Assembly (NCBI GenBank): GCA_963674825.1
Contig: OY771587.1
Coordinates: 2,624,001 to 2,688,000 of the forward strand
From: Candidatus Cloacimonadales bacterium
GTDB lineage: Bacteria > Cloacimonadota > Cloacimonadia > Cloacimonadales > JAIOQZ01
DNA: 64,000 nucleotides
Reading direction: 5' to 3'
The notes beneath the pieces were generated by a model. That model had not been told where the DNA came from. It searched no databases and was given only the letters and a program-made list of their open reading frames with translations. The position numbers were made by a program, and so were the translations under genes. Below, piece after piece: positions 16,223-25,884 of the stretch. The first letter of the stretch is position 1; each line of letters starts with the position of its first letter.

Positions 16223-17511
16223 ACGCCCACCCTGTCGTAAATTTTCTGGACGTTGCGTGTATAGCGATTGTAGGAGAAGGCTTCGTCGAGGTCTTCCGTT
16301 GTGAGGTATTGCATGATTTCCGGATCGCTCTCAACAAGCTCCCGAAGTGGCTTCTTGGTCTTCCAGCATTCCATGGCTGATTTCTGGACCAGTGCGTAGG
16401 CTGTCTCGCGCGAACTACACTTTTTTGTTACGGTAAGCAACAGTGGTTGGGAGAAGACGAGTCCGTTGGTCAGATCGAGGTTACGCTGCATGTTCTCCGG
16501 GTAGAGGAGGAGGTTATCGACCAAGTTAATGGTCTTGTGCAGCATGTAGTCGACCAGGATGGTGGAATCAGGGAAGATGACCCGTTCTACTGAGGAATGG
16601 CTGATATCGCGTTCGTGCCAGAGCGCAACGTTTTCCAGTGCTGCCACTGCGTTGGTGCGGATCAAGCGTGCAAGACCGCAGAGCTGTTCGCTAACGATGG
16701 GATTGCGCTTGTGCGGCATCGCCGATGATCCTTTCTGGCCTTTCGTGAAATTTTCTTCTGCTTCCAGCACTTCGGTGCGCTGGAGGTGCCGGATTTCAAG
16801 CGCGATCTTCTCGATGGTTGCTGCGATAATGGCGAGCGTGGTCATAAACTCGGCATGGCGATCGCGTTGAATGACCTGCGTGGAGATGTTTACGGGCTTG
16901 AGCTCGAGGATCTCGCAGGCGATGGCTTCGATCTCGGGATCGATGTAAGCGTAGTTACCCACTGCACCGGAGATCTGGCCCACGGATACGGTTTCGATAG
17001 CCTGTTCCATGCGACGGATGTTGCGATTGGTTTCGTCGAACCAGAGCGCGAACTTGAGCCCGAAGCTTGTCGGCTCAGCGTGGATGCCGTGCGATCTGCC
17101 CACGCAAAGGGTGTCTTTATATTTTCTCGCCTTCATCTTGAGCACTTCGGAGAGCTTATAGAGGTCGCTGAGGATCATCTCACCGGCCTGTTTGAGTTGA
17201 ATCGCGCTGGCGGTATCCAGCATGTCGGATGATGTCATCCCCAGGTGGATCCACTTGCCCGGTTCGCCCACGTATTCGTTAACGTTGGTCAGAAAGGCGA
17301 TTACGTCGTGTTTGGTTGTTGCTTCGATTTCGAGGACGCGTTCAGCGTCGAAATCAGCCTTCTCTTCGATTGTTTTCCAGTCTTCGTCTGGTACGATCCC
17401 AACCCGGTTCATCGCCTGGCAGACAGCCAGTTCCACATCAAGCCAGGTGCGTAGTTTATTTTCGATCGTCCAGATTCGTCCCATCTCAGGACGGGTATAG
17501 CGTTCAATCAT
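16219..17511 (-). CDS. purB: Adenylosuccinate lyase
   Basis: MIERY, HDVIAF, GRSHGIHAEP and GSSAMPHKRNP. Confidence 0.97.
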   Translation of the reverse strand: MIERYTRPEMGRIWTIENKLRTWLDVELAVCQAMNRVGIVPDEDWKTIEEKADFDAERVLEIEATTKHDVIAFLTNVNEYVGEPGKWIHLGMTSSDMLDTASAIQLKQAGEMILSDLYKLSEVLKMKARKYKDTLCVGRSHGIHAEPTSFGLKFALWFDETNRNIRRMEQAIETVSVGQISGAVGNYAYIDPEIEAIACEILELKPVNISTQVIQRDRHAEFMTTLAIIAATIEKIALEIRHLQRTEVLEAEENFTKGQKGSSAMPHKRNPIVSEQLCGLARLIRTNAVAALENVALWHERDISHSSVERVIFPDSTILVDYMLHKTINLVDNLLLYPENMQRNLDLTNGLVFSQPLLLTVTKKCSSRETAYALVQKSAMECWKTKKPLRELVESDPEIMQYLTTEDLDEAFSYNRYTRNVQKIYDRVGV

Positions 17512-18155
17512 CGGTTCCCCTGATTAAATGTTAGTTCTTTTACCTGTATCGGTTCCAGAGAGATTTTGTCAATGATAATATCGATAACTACCGCTCCGTT
17601 TTCGAGATAGCGAATCGAGGAGAGTCGATCGTTTTTGTTATACTCGAACCTGAGCTGGTGACGTCCATCGAGGCTGGTTATCGATTCAAGAAGATAGTTC
17701 CATGCGAATTCATACTTGAGGCCGTATTTCTCGAGCTCCCACTTTTGGAGGATCTCATGGTAATTGCTTTGTATAACGTTTGATAGCGATGAGAGCTGCC
17801 CCACCCAGTCGATATAGAGCGAATCGGAAGCCGGATCGGCAATACGGGTACCGTAACTGTCACGGATGAGAATCTCGTCCTCGCGGTAAACGGTAATGAA
17901 CGGAGTAGGTCTCGCTCCGAAAAGCCCGGTGTCGTATATATCGATGCGAAAGCGTTCGGCTGACTTGCGGATCACGATATTTTTACGGAAGGTGAGCTGC
18001 TCGTAGTTCATCTCGATGATGCCGTCGATGCGAAATTGCTCCCACATCTTGGCGTGCTGAACCAGGGCTTTTTCGGCCTCGATGGGTTTCTGCGTCATGG
18101 CGCAGCTGGAAAGAATCAGCGCGATCAGGATACCGAGGGTGATTTTCTGAGCCAT
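17508..18155 (-). CDS. Hypothetical lipoprotein (possible LolA/LolB-like beta fold)
   Basis: Lipobox LILSSC; beta-strand-rich; lies between lgt and purB with overlapping ends. Confidence 0.6.
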   Translation of the reverse strand: MAQKITLGILIALILSSCAMTQKPIEAEKALVQHAKMWEQFRIDGIIEMNYEQLTFRKNIVIRKSAERFRIDIYDTGLFGARPTPFITVYREDEILIRDSYGTRIADPASDSLYIDWVGQLSSLSNVIQSNYHEILQKWELEKYGLKYEFAWNYLLESITSLDGRHQLRFEYNKNDRLSSIRYLENGAVVIDIIIDKISLEPIQVKELTFNQGNR

Positions 18156-19078
18156 AAGAGGATAAACGCGATTACCGAAGCGAGGATCATCACGGAGCTT
18201 AATATCTGCCCCTGGGTGAAATGCATCCAGATGAATCCGAGATGCTCGTCGGGTTGGCGGAAGAATTCGACCACGAAGCGGAATACACCATAGAGGCCGA
18301 TAAACGCCCAGAACACGTAGCCTTCACGTCGGGTTGTCCGCAACAATACGTAGAGCGTGACGCTGAGGACGAGTCCTTCCAGAAACGCCTCGTAGAGCTG
18401 TGATGGATGCCGCGGAAGGTTGATAGCTTCACCGGCGATGAGCCCTTTGATGCGGTTGCCGTCGGTGTTAGTTACGATAGTCGCTGCCTGGTTGATCTTC
18501 CAGCCCAGTTTATGAATGACGGATTGAACGTCGGCACGGTCGAGCGACAACTTTTCCGCATAGGGAAACAGCATTCCCCATGCGTGTGACGTGATGCGCC
18601 CGTAGAGCTCGCCGTTGATGAAGTTTCCCAGTCTGCCGAGTCCTAATCCCACAGCCACGAGCGGCATGGAAGGATCGGCGATTTGGTAGAACCGTATCTT
18701 GTTTTTGCGACAATAAAACAGAACGAAGAGGATCACACCGAGCGCGCCACCGTGGAAGGACATCCCACGGATTCCCACAAAACGCCAGTTGTCGGTAGGA
18801 TCGAAAGGCAGGATGATCTCCAGCGGATGCGCTGCGTAGTAGGGCAGATTGTAGAATAGCACATAGCCAAGTCTCCCGCCGACAATCACACCCAGCATGA
18901 TGTTGAAGATGAACGACTCGTATTGATTGCGATCCATCTCCATGCCGCGATACTTGAAGTTCCTGCGGATGAAGAAATAGCCGAGTCCGATCGCGGCGAT
19001 ATAGGCGATCGCATACCAGTGGATTGCGAGCGGTCCGAGACGCAACGCGACAGGATCGAAATCTGGAAATCGTATCAT
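18125..19078 (-). CDS. lgt: Prolipoprotein diacylglyceryl transferase
   Basis: GGRLGYVLFY, GMSFHGG, GRLGNFINGELYGR, RHPSQLYE and RFVVEFFRQPD. Confidence 0.96.
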   Translation of the reverse strand: MIRFPDFDPVALRLGPLAIHWYAIAYIAAIGLGYFFIRRNFKYRGMEMDRNQYESFIFNIMLGVIVGGRLGYVLFYNLPYYAAHPLEIILPFDPTDNWRFVGIRGMSFHGGALGVILFVLFYCRKNKIRFYQIADPSMPLVAVGLGLGRLGNFINGELYGRITSHAWGMLFPYAEKLSLDRADVQSVIHKLGWKINQAATIVTNTDGNRIKGLIAGEAINLPRHPSQLYEAFLEGLVLSVTLYVLLRTTRREGYVFWAFIGLYGVFRFVVEFFRQPDEHLGFIWMHFTQGQILSSVMILASVIAFILLWLRKSPSVS

Positions 19079-19094
19079 GTTCAATTCCTTCTAT

Positions 19095-19129
19095 AAAAAC
19101 AGAAGAGGATGCGCAGGGCGATCCTCTTC
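19095..19129 (-). terminator. Hairpin/terminator after etfB
   Basis: GAAGAGGAT...ATCCTCTTC stem followed by TGTTTTT on the minus strand. Confidence 0.6.
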
Positions 19130-19141
19130 ATAAAACGTCAA

Positions 19142-19924
19142 TCAGGTTTGCAGCTCTTTCAGCCGCTTGTAGAGGATTTCAGCGGCGTCCTCCGGCGCAA
19201 CCTCGTGTTTCTCGCCATGCTTCTCGTGCTTGGGTGAGAAGATTCGAACCACCTGTGTGGGAGAGCCATTGAGGCCAACAGCGTTCTCTTCCAGGCCGAG
19301 GTCGTCAAGACCCCATACAGTCATTTCTGCATTACGCGCGGCGCGCTTTCCACGAAGGGACGGCAGTCGCGGTTCGTTGATTTCCTTAACAACGGTTATC
19401 AGTGCTGGCATTGGCATCTGGACTCTATCATAGCCGTCTTCCATCAGACGCTGGCAGATCATGTTGCCGTTCTCGATCTTCTCGATCTTACGAACAAAGC
19501 AGGTCTGCGGAAGTTTGAGGTGCGTTGCCACGCCGGGTCCCACCTGTGCGGTGTCGCCGTCGATAGCTTGCTGGCCCATGATGATAAGGTCGTAATCGCC
19601 GAATTTCTTGATTGCTGCGGCGAGCGTCAGGCTGGTTGCCCAAGTATCGGCCCCAGCGAACGGACGGCCTGATACGAGGATAATCTCATCCACACCGATA
19701 GAAACGGCTTCACGAAGGGCGTTTTCTACCTGCGGCGGCCCCATGCTGATCGCTGTCACCTTTCCGCCGTACTCCTCTTTCAGGCGTAGTGCTTCTTCGA
19801 TGGCGTACATATCGAACGGATTGATGATGCTTTCCACACCTTCGCGAACAAGCGTATTGGTTACGGGATCGATACGGATATCGGTCGTGTCCGGAACCTG
19901 TTTGATCGATACGATAATATTCAT
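19142..19924 (-). CDS. etfB: Electron transfer flavoprotein beta subunit
   Basis: KQVPDT, INPFD, SMGPP, FAGADTWATS, AIDGDTAQVGP, NEPRLPS and GLNGSPTQV. Confidence 0.95.
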   Translation of the reverse strand: MNIIVSIKQVPDTTDIRIDPVTNTLVREGVESIINPFDMYAIEEALRLKEEYGGKVTAISMGPPQVENALREAVSIGVDEIILVSGRPFAGADTWATSLTLAAAIKKFGDYDLIIMGQQAIDGDTAQVGPGVATHLKLPQTCFVRKIEKIENGNMICQRLMEDGYDRVQMPMPALITVVKEINEPRLPSLRGKRAARNAEMTVWGLDDLGLEENAVGLNGSPTQVVRIFSPKHEKHGEKHEVAPEDAAEILYKRLKELQT

Positions 19925-19936
19925 ACTGTTAACCCC

Positions 19937-21043
19937 TTACAAATTATAAAATTCCCGAATGGTGCGAATCACGTAGTCTTGGGATTCGCGCGGTAGCTCG
20001 GAATAAATCGGGATTGAAAGAACCTGATTGGCCCGTTCTTCCGAGATCGGGAAGTCACCCTTCTTGTAGCCGAGATACTGGAAGCATTCCTGAAGGTGCA
20101 GTGGCAGCGGATAATAGATCGCGCAGCCGATGTTGTTCTCTTGCAGGTGCTTCATGAGGTCGTCGCGGTTTTCGACGATGAGCGTGTATTGGTTATAGAT
20201 GGTCTCTGCGTCCGGATGGATGACCGGCGTCTTGACCATTGGCAGATTTTGCAGATTTTCATCGTAGTAAGCAGCGTTGTCGCGGCGCATCTTCGACCAC
20301 TGGTCGAGGTATTGCAGTTTCGCGATGAGCACGGCTGCCTGCATGGTGTCCATGCGGCTGTTAAGGCCTACCCATTTGTGATAATACTTCGGGTTTTCAC
20401 CATGAACGCGCATCTGACGGAGCTTTGCACCGAGTTCATCGCTCTGCGTGAGGCACATACCCGCGTCACCCATCGCGCCGAGGTTTTTGCTCGGGAAGAA
20501 GGAGAGCGTTCCGATATCGCCGATCGTTCCAGCGACCTGCCCCTTGTAACGTGCACCAATGCCCTGTGCGTTGTCTTCGATCACGTAGAGGTTGTGCTTC
20601 TTCGCGATTTCCATGATGCGATCCATCTCGCAGGCCTGTCCGAAGAGGTGCACCGGCATGATGGCTTTGGTGTTGGGCGTAATCGCCGCTTCGATAAGCG
20701 CTGGATCAAGATTGAAGGTGTCCGGCAGGATATCGACAAACACCGGTTTTGCGCCAACGCGCTGGATAGAGCCGGCGGTTGCGAAGAAAGTAAACGGTGT
20801 GGTGATCACTTCATCACCGGGGCCAAGGTCAAGCGCTTTGAGCGCAAGCACGAGTGCGTCCGATCCGGAAGCGCAGCCGATAGCGTTTTTAACTTCGTTG
20901 TATTCTTCCATCCTGGTTTCCAGTTCTTTGATCTGGGGTCCCATGATGTAGTAGTGGGTCTTGTATATTTCTTCGAGTCTGGTTTTAATCTCGTCCAGGA
21001 CGGGTTCGTATTGTGCGTGAAGATCAAGAAGCGGGACTTTCAT
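19937..21043 (-). CDS. DegT/DnrJ/EryC1/StrS PLP sugar aminotransferase
   Basis: TPFTFFAT, PVHLFGQ, IEDNAQ, SFFPSKNLGAMGDAG and NSRMDTMQAA. Confidence 0.95.
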   Translation of the reverse strand: MKVPLLDLHAQYEPVLDEIKTRLEEIYKTHYYIMGPQIKELETRMEEYNEVKNAIGCASGSDALVLALKALDLGPGDEVITTPFTFFATAGSIQRVGAKPVFVDILPDTFNLDPALIEAAITPNTKAIMPVHLFGQACEMDRIMEIAKKHNLYVIEDNAQGIGARYKGQVAGTIGDIGTLSFFPSKNLGAMGDAGMCLTQSDELGAKLRQMRVHGENPKYYHKWVGLNSRMDTMQAAVLIAKLQYLDQWSKMRRDNAAYYDENLQNLPMVKTPVIHPDAETIYNQYTLIVENRDDLMKHLQENNIGCAIYYPLPLHLQECFQYLGYKKGDFPISEERANQVLSIPIYSELPRESQDYVIRTIREFYNL

Positions 21044-21055
21044 CGAATATACTCC

Positions 21056-22135
21056 TTATTTGATATTTGCGTTTATAAGGATCGCTGAAGAAACGATACC
21101 TGCGATAATGCTGAGCGTGGTGAGGTAATTCTGCATCCAGCTCAGAGTATTCTGCGGAATATGCACAGTATCGCCTGGGCGTATGGGCTCGACGGCCAGA
21201 TCCTTTCGGTGTCCGTCGGGAGCGTAAACTTTTGCTTTCCTTAGGCTTCCGGTGTTGAGAAGACCACCGGCTTTGCTAACGTATTGTATGATTGAACCGC
21301 CGGAAATATACGGGTAGGGACCCGGTTCCGGAATGTTCCCGGTTACATATACAAATGCCGCTTCGACGGATACGAACACGCTGTCACCGGGAGCGACTAA
21401 AAAGTCTGTATTGGTCTTGATCAACTCGCCATTACGGAAAGCCGTGATGCGATCGAATTCAGACCACTTCAGCTTATGTCCGAGGTTCAGGAATATATCC
21501 CGAGATGGAGTCTCTTTATCGAGTTCGTAGTATTCCACGACGTAGGTGGTGTCGTTGCTGACATAAACCTTGGCGTAATCTTTCGCGAAGGGAACGAAGA
21601 CGATGTCATCTTCCATAATCAACGGGTTCTGAGTCAGATCGCCGTCCGAGAGATACTTACGCAAATCGTAAGTTGTCTTTCTGCCATCTCGGATGATTTC
21701 GATTTTCCGGCTGGAATAGGGCAGGAGTCCCCCGCTTTGAGCCAGCGCGTGACTCAGCGTGACCATTTTTTCGGAATAATATTCTCCCGGGGTTGTTACC
21801 GCGCCGGTTACATGGAATCGAGTTGGCCCGAGTTCGAAGAGCTCCACCGAGACATATCCGCGCTTGATATTCTCGCGGATCGCGCCTTCCAACATGGATT
21901 TTGCTTCGTGCAGTGTCAATCCGGCAACTTGCAGCGCATCAGTGAGTGGCGGAAGCTTAATGATACCTTCTGGCTGTACCGGAACAAAAACACGCATACT
22001 GTCGGCACCCATAATGTGCACCAGAAACGCGTCTCCGACCTTCATCCGGTACTGGTCGGGATCGAGATTGGACTTTGCACTCAGGCCAAGGCAAAGGATG
22101 GCCAGCACGAATAAAAGCAATACCTTACTTTTCAT
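21056..22135 (-). CDS. Polysaccharide export protein (Poly_export + SLBB domains)
   Basis: Signal peptide, YRMKVGD, VAGLTL, VTGAVTTPGEY, GGLL and PGDTVHIP. Confidence 0.8.
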   Translation of the reverse strand: MKSKVLLLFVLAILCLGLSAKSNLDPDQYRMKVGDAFLVHIMGADSMRVFVPVQPEGIIKLPPLTDALQVAGLTLHEAKSMLEGAIRENIKRGYVSVELFELGPTRFHVTGAVTTPGEYYSEKMVTLSHALAQSGGLLPYSSRKIEIIRDGRKTTYDLRKYLSDGDLTQNPLIMEDDIVFVPFAKDYAKVYVSNDTTYVVEYYELDKETPSRDIFLNLGHKLKWSEFDRITAFRNGELIKTNTDFLVAPGDSVFVSVEAAFVYVTGNIPEPGPYPYISGGSIIQYVSKAGGLLNTGSLRKAKVYAPDGHRKDLAVEPIRPGDTVHIPQNTLSWMQNYLTTLSIIAGIVSSAILINANIK

Positions 22136-23084
22136 AATGGGCTATGATTCTCTCTAGAATTTTGTCGAGGGATATCTGCGGTTCGTAACCGACGTATTCT
22201 TTGATCTTGCTGATGTCCGGTACGCGACGACGCATATCTTCGAAACCTTCTTCGTAAGCGTCTGCGTAATCGATAAACTCAATCTTGGAGCTGCTCCCGG
22301 TCATCTTCTTGATCGTTTCTGCCAAGTCTTTAATTTTGATTTCTTCGGTGTTGCCGATGTTGAAGATTTCGCCTTCGGCTTTCTTCTCGGCCATCAGTTT
22401 GATGAGTCCGGAAGAAACATCGTCAACATCAGCGAAACAGCGGGATTGTTCACCGTCGCCAAAGATGGTGATGGGGTGGTCCAGAAGTGCGTTTTTAACG
22501 AACTTGGGGATAACCATGCCGTATTGGCCGGTCTGACGAGGTCCGACGGTGTTGAAACAACGTACGATCACAACGGGCAGTTTTTTCTCGCGATAGTAGG
22601 CGAGAGACAGGAACTCGTCGATCGCCTTGGCGGAGCTGTAGCTCCAGCGAGAGATGTGGGTAGACCCCAGCAGACGGTCGTCTTGTTCTTTGAACGGCAC
22701 GTTTTCACTTTTGCCGTAGATCTCGGAAGTAGATGTGATCAAAACTTTCTTTTTATATTTGTTTGCCAATTCCAGAACGATTTCGGTACCTGTGATGTTG
22801 GTACGGAGTGAAAGCAGCGGATTATCGATGATATATTTCACACCGACAGCCGCAGCCAGATGATAAATTTGATCGCATTCTTTAATGAGCCGTTCCATTG
22901 TGGTCTGGTTCAGGATTGTATCGATAGTGAACGTAAAGCGTTCATGTGATATCAGATGTGATATATTGGAGAGTCTGCCTGTGGAAAGGTTGTCGATAAT
23001 CGCTACTGTGTTTCCGGCTTCGAGAAGCTTTTCGCTGAGGTGAGAGCCGATAAAGCCAGCGCCTCCTGTGATTAATATCTTCAT
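22125..23084 (-). CDS. NAD-dependent nucleotide-sugar epimerase/dehydratase
   Basis: MKILITGGAGFIGSH, STSEIYGK, YSSAK and FNTVGPRQ. The ATG overlaps the upstream TGA. Confidence 0.93.
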   Translation of the reverse strand: MKILITGGAGFIGSHLSEKLLEAGNTVAIIDNLSTGRLSNISHLISHERFTFTIDTILNQTTMERLIKECDQIYHLAAAVGVKYIIDNPLLSLRTNITGTEIVLELANKYKKKVLITSTSEIYGKSENVPFKEQDDRLLGSTHISRWSYSSAKAIDEFLSLAYYREKKLPVVIVRCFNTVGPRQTGQYGMVIPKFVKNALLDHPITIFGDGEQSRCFADVDDVSSGLIKLMAEKKAEGEIFNIGNTEEIKIKDLAETIKKMTGSSSKIEFIDYADAYEEGFEDMRRRVPDISKIKEYVGYEPQISLDKILERIIAHYEK

Positions 23085-23386
23085 TCGTTTTCCGTCCTGA
23101 TTCTTATTTTGCCTGCGCTTGGAGGCACTGCGTAGTAACCTTTTCTCGGTTCCGGGCAATTGAAGTACAGTTCCTGTTTGACGCCTCCATTCAGATAGTC
23201 GTGATGTTCTTCATTGCTCCAGAAATAAAGTTCTGTCTTGTCCATCTCAGCGATTTCAACTTCACGCAGCAGTGTAACCCGTCGAATAATGGCATCTGTC
23301 TCGTGATCGAAATCCCCAATTTTATTGATGGGAATGTCATAGTTGGTTGATGGATTCTTCTCAACCGTGTTCAGATTTTGTTTCAT
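23081..23386 (-). CDS. Small hypothetical protein, weakly GatC-like
   Basis: Translationally coupled to the epimerase. AII..V.LL.EVE..EMD.T and NCPEPRKGYYAVP resemble GatC. Confidence 0.5.
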   Translation of the reverse strand: MKQNLNTVEKNPSTNYDIPINKIGDFDHETDAIIRRVTLLREVEIAEMDKTELYFWSNEEHHDYLNGGVKQELYFNCPEPRKGYYAVPPSAGKIRIRTENE

Positions 23387-23640
23387 TTATATATCTAACC
23401 AAGTCCTTATGCTAATATTACAGCGATCATTCGCTGGTTCGGAAATTACCCTGAGCGCACACCCATGCACCCAGCATAAAGAACGAAGCTGATTTATACC
23501 CGGTTTTTGTCAATTATTTTCCACGAAAGAAGATGCCTCGTTGCGGATTCCTATCGTGTGCTTGTTTCGAGACATTTCTGCCCGGAAACCATTGCTTGAC
23601 AACAACGATCGGTAAAGTACCTTTATGCACGGAGGTACCG

Positions 23641-24333
23641 ATGGCGAAACAGAAATGGTTCGATGAGAATACACTGTCGTTCTTCCGACGGTTGGAAATG
23701 AACAACGAACGCGAATGGTTCGAGGCTCATCGTAAAGATTACGAGCATTTCGTTCTCAATCCTGCGAGGATTTTTGTCAGCGACGTTGGTGAACAACTGC
23801 TGAAGAAGAGACCAGAATTGCAATTTTCACCCAGCGTCAATCAATCGATCTTCCGAATTTACCGGGATATCCGCTTCTCGAAAGACAAGAGCCCCTACAA
23901 GACTTTCCTCGGGATTCTCTGGTGGGAAGGTGGGAGCAAAAAGCTGGAAAACTCCTCCTTCTATTTCCAACTGGACAGCGACCGGATTCTGCTTGGCTGT
24001 GGGATATACCAGTTCAGCAAGGAACAGCTCGAGACCTATCGACAAGCGCTTGTGAACGAAAAGACCGGTAAAGCGCTTATGGACGCGATCAGCAAGAGCG
24101 ATTCGAAGGGCATCTTTGAGGTTGATGGGAAATTTTACAAGAACGTCCCACGGGGTTTCGATAAAGAACATCTCTACTCCGATTACCTGAAGCACAACGG
24201 TCTGTATTTTTCCTACACCTCGCCGTTGCCACCTCAGTTTGGTTCGAGAGAGTTAGTTGATTGGTGTGTTGAACATTTTATCGATATGATACCGCTGCAT
24301 GTGTGGCTCGTCGAAACGATGAAGAGTCTTTGA
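23641..24333 (+). CDS. DUF2461-family protein
   Basis: GGAGG RBS; NNEREWFEAHRKDYE and FRIYRDIRFSKDKSPYK. Confidence 0.88.
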   Translation: MAKQKWFDENTLSFFRRLEMNNEREWFEAHRKDYEHFVLNPARIFVSDVGEQLLKKRPELQFSPSVNQSIFRIYRDIRFSKDKSPYKTFLGILWWEGGSKKLENSSFYFQLDSDRILLGCGIYQFSKEQLETYRQALVNEKTGKALMDAISKSDSKGIFEVDGKFYKNVPRGFDKEHLYSDYLKHNGLYFSYTSPLPPQFGSRELVDWCVEHFIDMIPLHVWLVETMKSL

Positions 24334-24791
24334 TGCGCCGAAAAGACAGAGAAATAACTGATCCTGCCGTCATCGAAGAGATCCTGAAAATTGGTGAAAC
24401 CTGCACGCTAGGATTGGTCGATGATGGAGAGCCTTACCTTGTGCCCATGAACTATGGCTACGTGAATGGTGCAATGTGGTTTCATTGCGCGCCAGATGGA
24501 CTCAAGCTGGACATCTTGAAGAAAAATCCACGAATATGCTTCAGCGTCGTTACCGACTACGAGATGGTTCGAACACCGGATTTCAGCAATTACACGAGTC
24601 ATTACCGGAGTGTCACCGGGTGGGGTAAGGTTGAGATCATGCAAACGGATGAGGAGATGATCGAAGGCTTGAACGTGCTCAAGGATCATGCCGGTTACCT
24701 GGAGAATTACGACTATCCAGCGTCTGTGCTCAAACGGGTGGTGGTCTTCCGTGTAGTGATCGAGAAGATGACCGGCAAACAGAACGTCTAA
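24333..24791 (+). CDS. Pyridoxamine 5'-phosphate oxidase-like (NimA-type) flavin-binding protein
   Basis: MRRKDREI, PYLVPMNYGY, FHCA..G.K...LKKNPRICF and YRSV. Confidence 0.88.
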   Translation: MRRKDREITDPAVIEEILKIGETCTLGLVDDGEPYLVPMNYGYVNGAMWFHCAPDGLKLDILKKNPRICFSVVTDYEMVRTPDFSNYTSHYRSVTGWGKVEIMQTDEEMIEGLNVLKDHAGYLENYDYPASVLKRVVVFRVVIEKMTGKQNV

Positions 24792-25582
24792 TCGCTCTGG
24801 ATCAGTTTATAGAGCTTCTCTCTTTCAGTTCCCAGAATACTGACGTGCGTTCCGCCATGCACCTCGTGATATTCCACACCCTCCAGTCTCGCCAGTTCCC
24901 GACTCATTTCGACTGATATCGAAGTATCTTTATCACCATGGAAGATGGTGACAGGTACATCAGGATGATTTTCATGCAAATTCTGTAGCCATTCCACATT
25001 GTTCATGCCGTCCGGGATAAGCCAGCCTAGAAGTCCGAACCGCTTGACCATTAACGTGCGCATTTTCGTAAAAGGGGCCATCAGGATGATGCGGTTGGGT
25101 GTTTTGTGTGAGGTGAATTGCATTGCTGCGCCTGTTCCGAATGAATGACCGATCAGGATAAGGCGATCATTAAAAATATCTTTATCCTCCTGGAACCGTG
25201 CAGCCAGTTTGCGTAAGGCTGCATCGACGCTCTGCCATACGCGGCTTGGCCGTAGTGAGCCCTCAGACGAACCACGTCCAGGATAATCGATCATGAGAAA
25301 ACCTGCGTCTTCGTCCGGATAATTCTGTGCAAAATCGAGCCAATCGAGTGCCCGGGACTTGATACCGGGGAAGATTACGACCAGTTTTTGAGGGATTTGC
25401 TCGGATTTGCTGAAATAGAGCGCTTGCTGCATTCCGGAGGAGATGTCGTAGTTGAGCTCGGTAAGGCGAGGCTCTTTCTGCATGCCGATGCGCTCTTCCT
25501 GGCTGTAGCGTAATTGGCTGCCACAGGCGGTGATAACGATCGATATGACGGCGGATACGAAGGGGATTCTTGATTTAACCAT
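24788..25582 (-). CDS. Alpha/beta hydrolase, probable lipoprotein
   Basis: ITAC lipobox, DYPGRG.S, GHSFG, HGDKD and GGTH. Confidence 0.85.
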   Translation of the reverse strand: MVKSRIPFVSAVISIVITACGSQLRYSQEERIGMQKEPRLTELNYDISSGMQQALYFSKSEQIPQKLVVIFPGIKSRALDWLDFAQNYPDEDAGFLMIDYPGRGSSEGSLRPSRVWQSVDAALRKLAARFQEDKDIFNDRLILIGHSFGTGAAMQFTSHKTPNRIILMAPFTKMRTLMVKRFGLLGWLIPDGMNNVEWLQNLHENHPDVPVTIFHGDKDTSISVEMSRELARLEGVEYHEVHGGTHVSILGTEREKLYKLIQSD

Positions 25583-25627
25583 GGGTTGATTTCGGGGGCT
25601 ATTGGGTTTTCTGTCAATGAAATCGTG

Positions 25628-25880
25628 GAGCCCTCATCCCAAATCTCCCTCGATACGTATTTGAGAGCCCCTCACCCCAGCCCTCTCCCACAAGTGGGAA
25701 GAGGGAGCAGAGAAACCCCATCCCTGCCTTCCCCTTTGGAAAAAGGGGAAGAGGAAGAGAGTGTTGTTTGCAGATGGTTGTCACATTGCATATTCGCCCG
25801 ATCGCCTCGCGACGCCGTGTAACACCACGTCTTCGAAGTGGATGAACACGGCTGCTCGGGTTCGACCGAATCTGCTGCGT
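25628..25880. repeat. Composite palindromic intergenic repeat, copy 2, with tandem REP-like hairpins
   Basis: CCCTCACCCCAGCCCTCTCCCACAAGTGGGAAGAGGG, two degenerate neighbours and the shared core also seen at 9530-9692. Confidence 0.75.
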
Positions 25881-25884
25881 GAGT

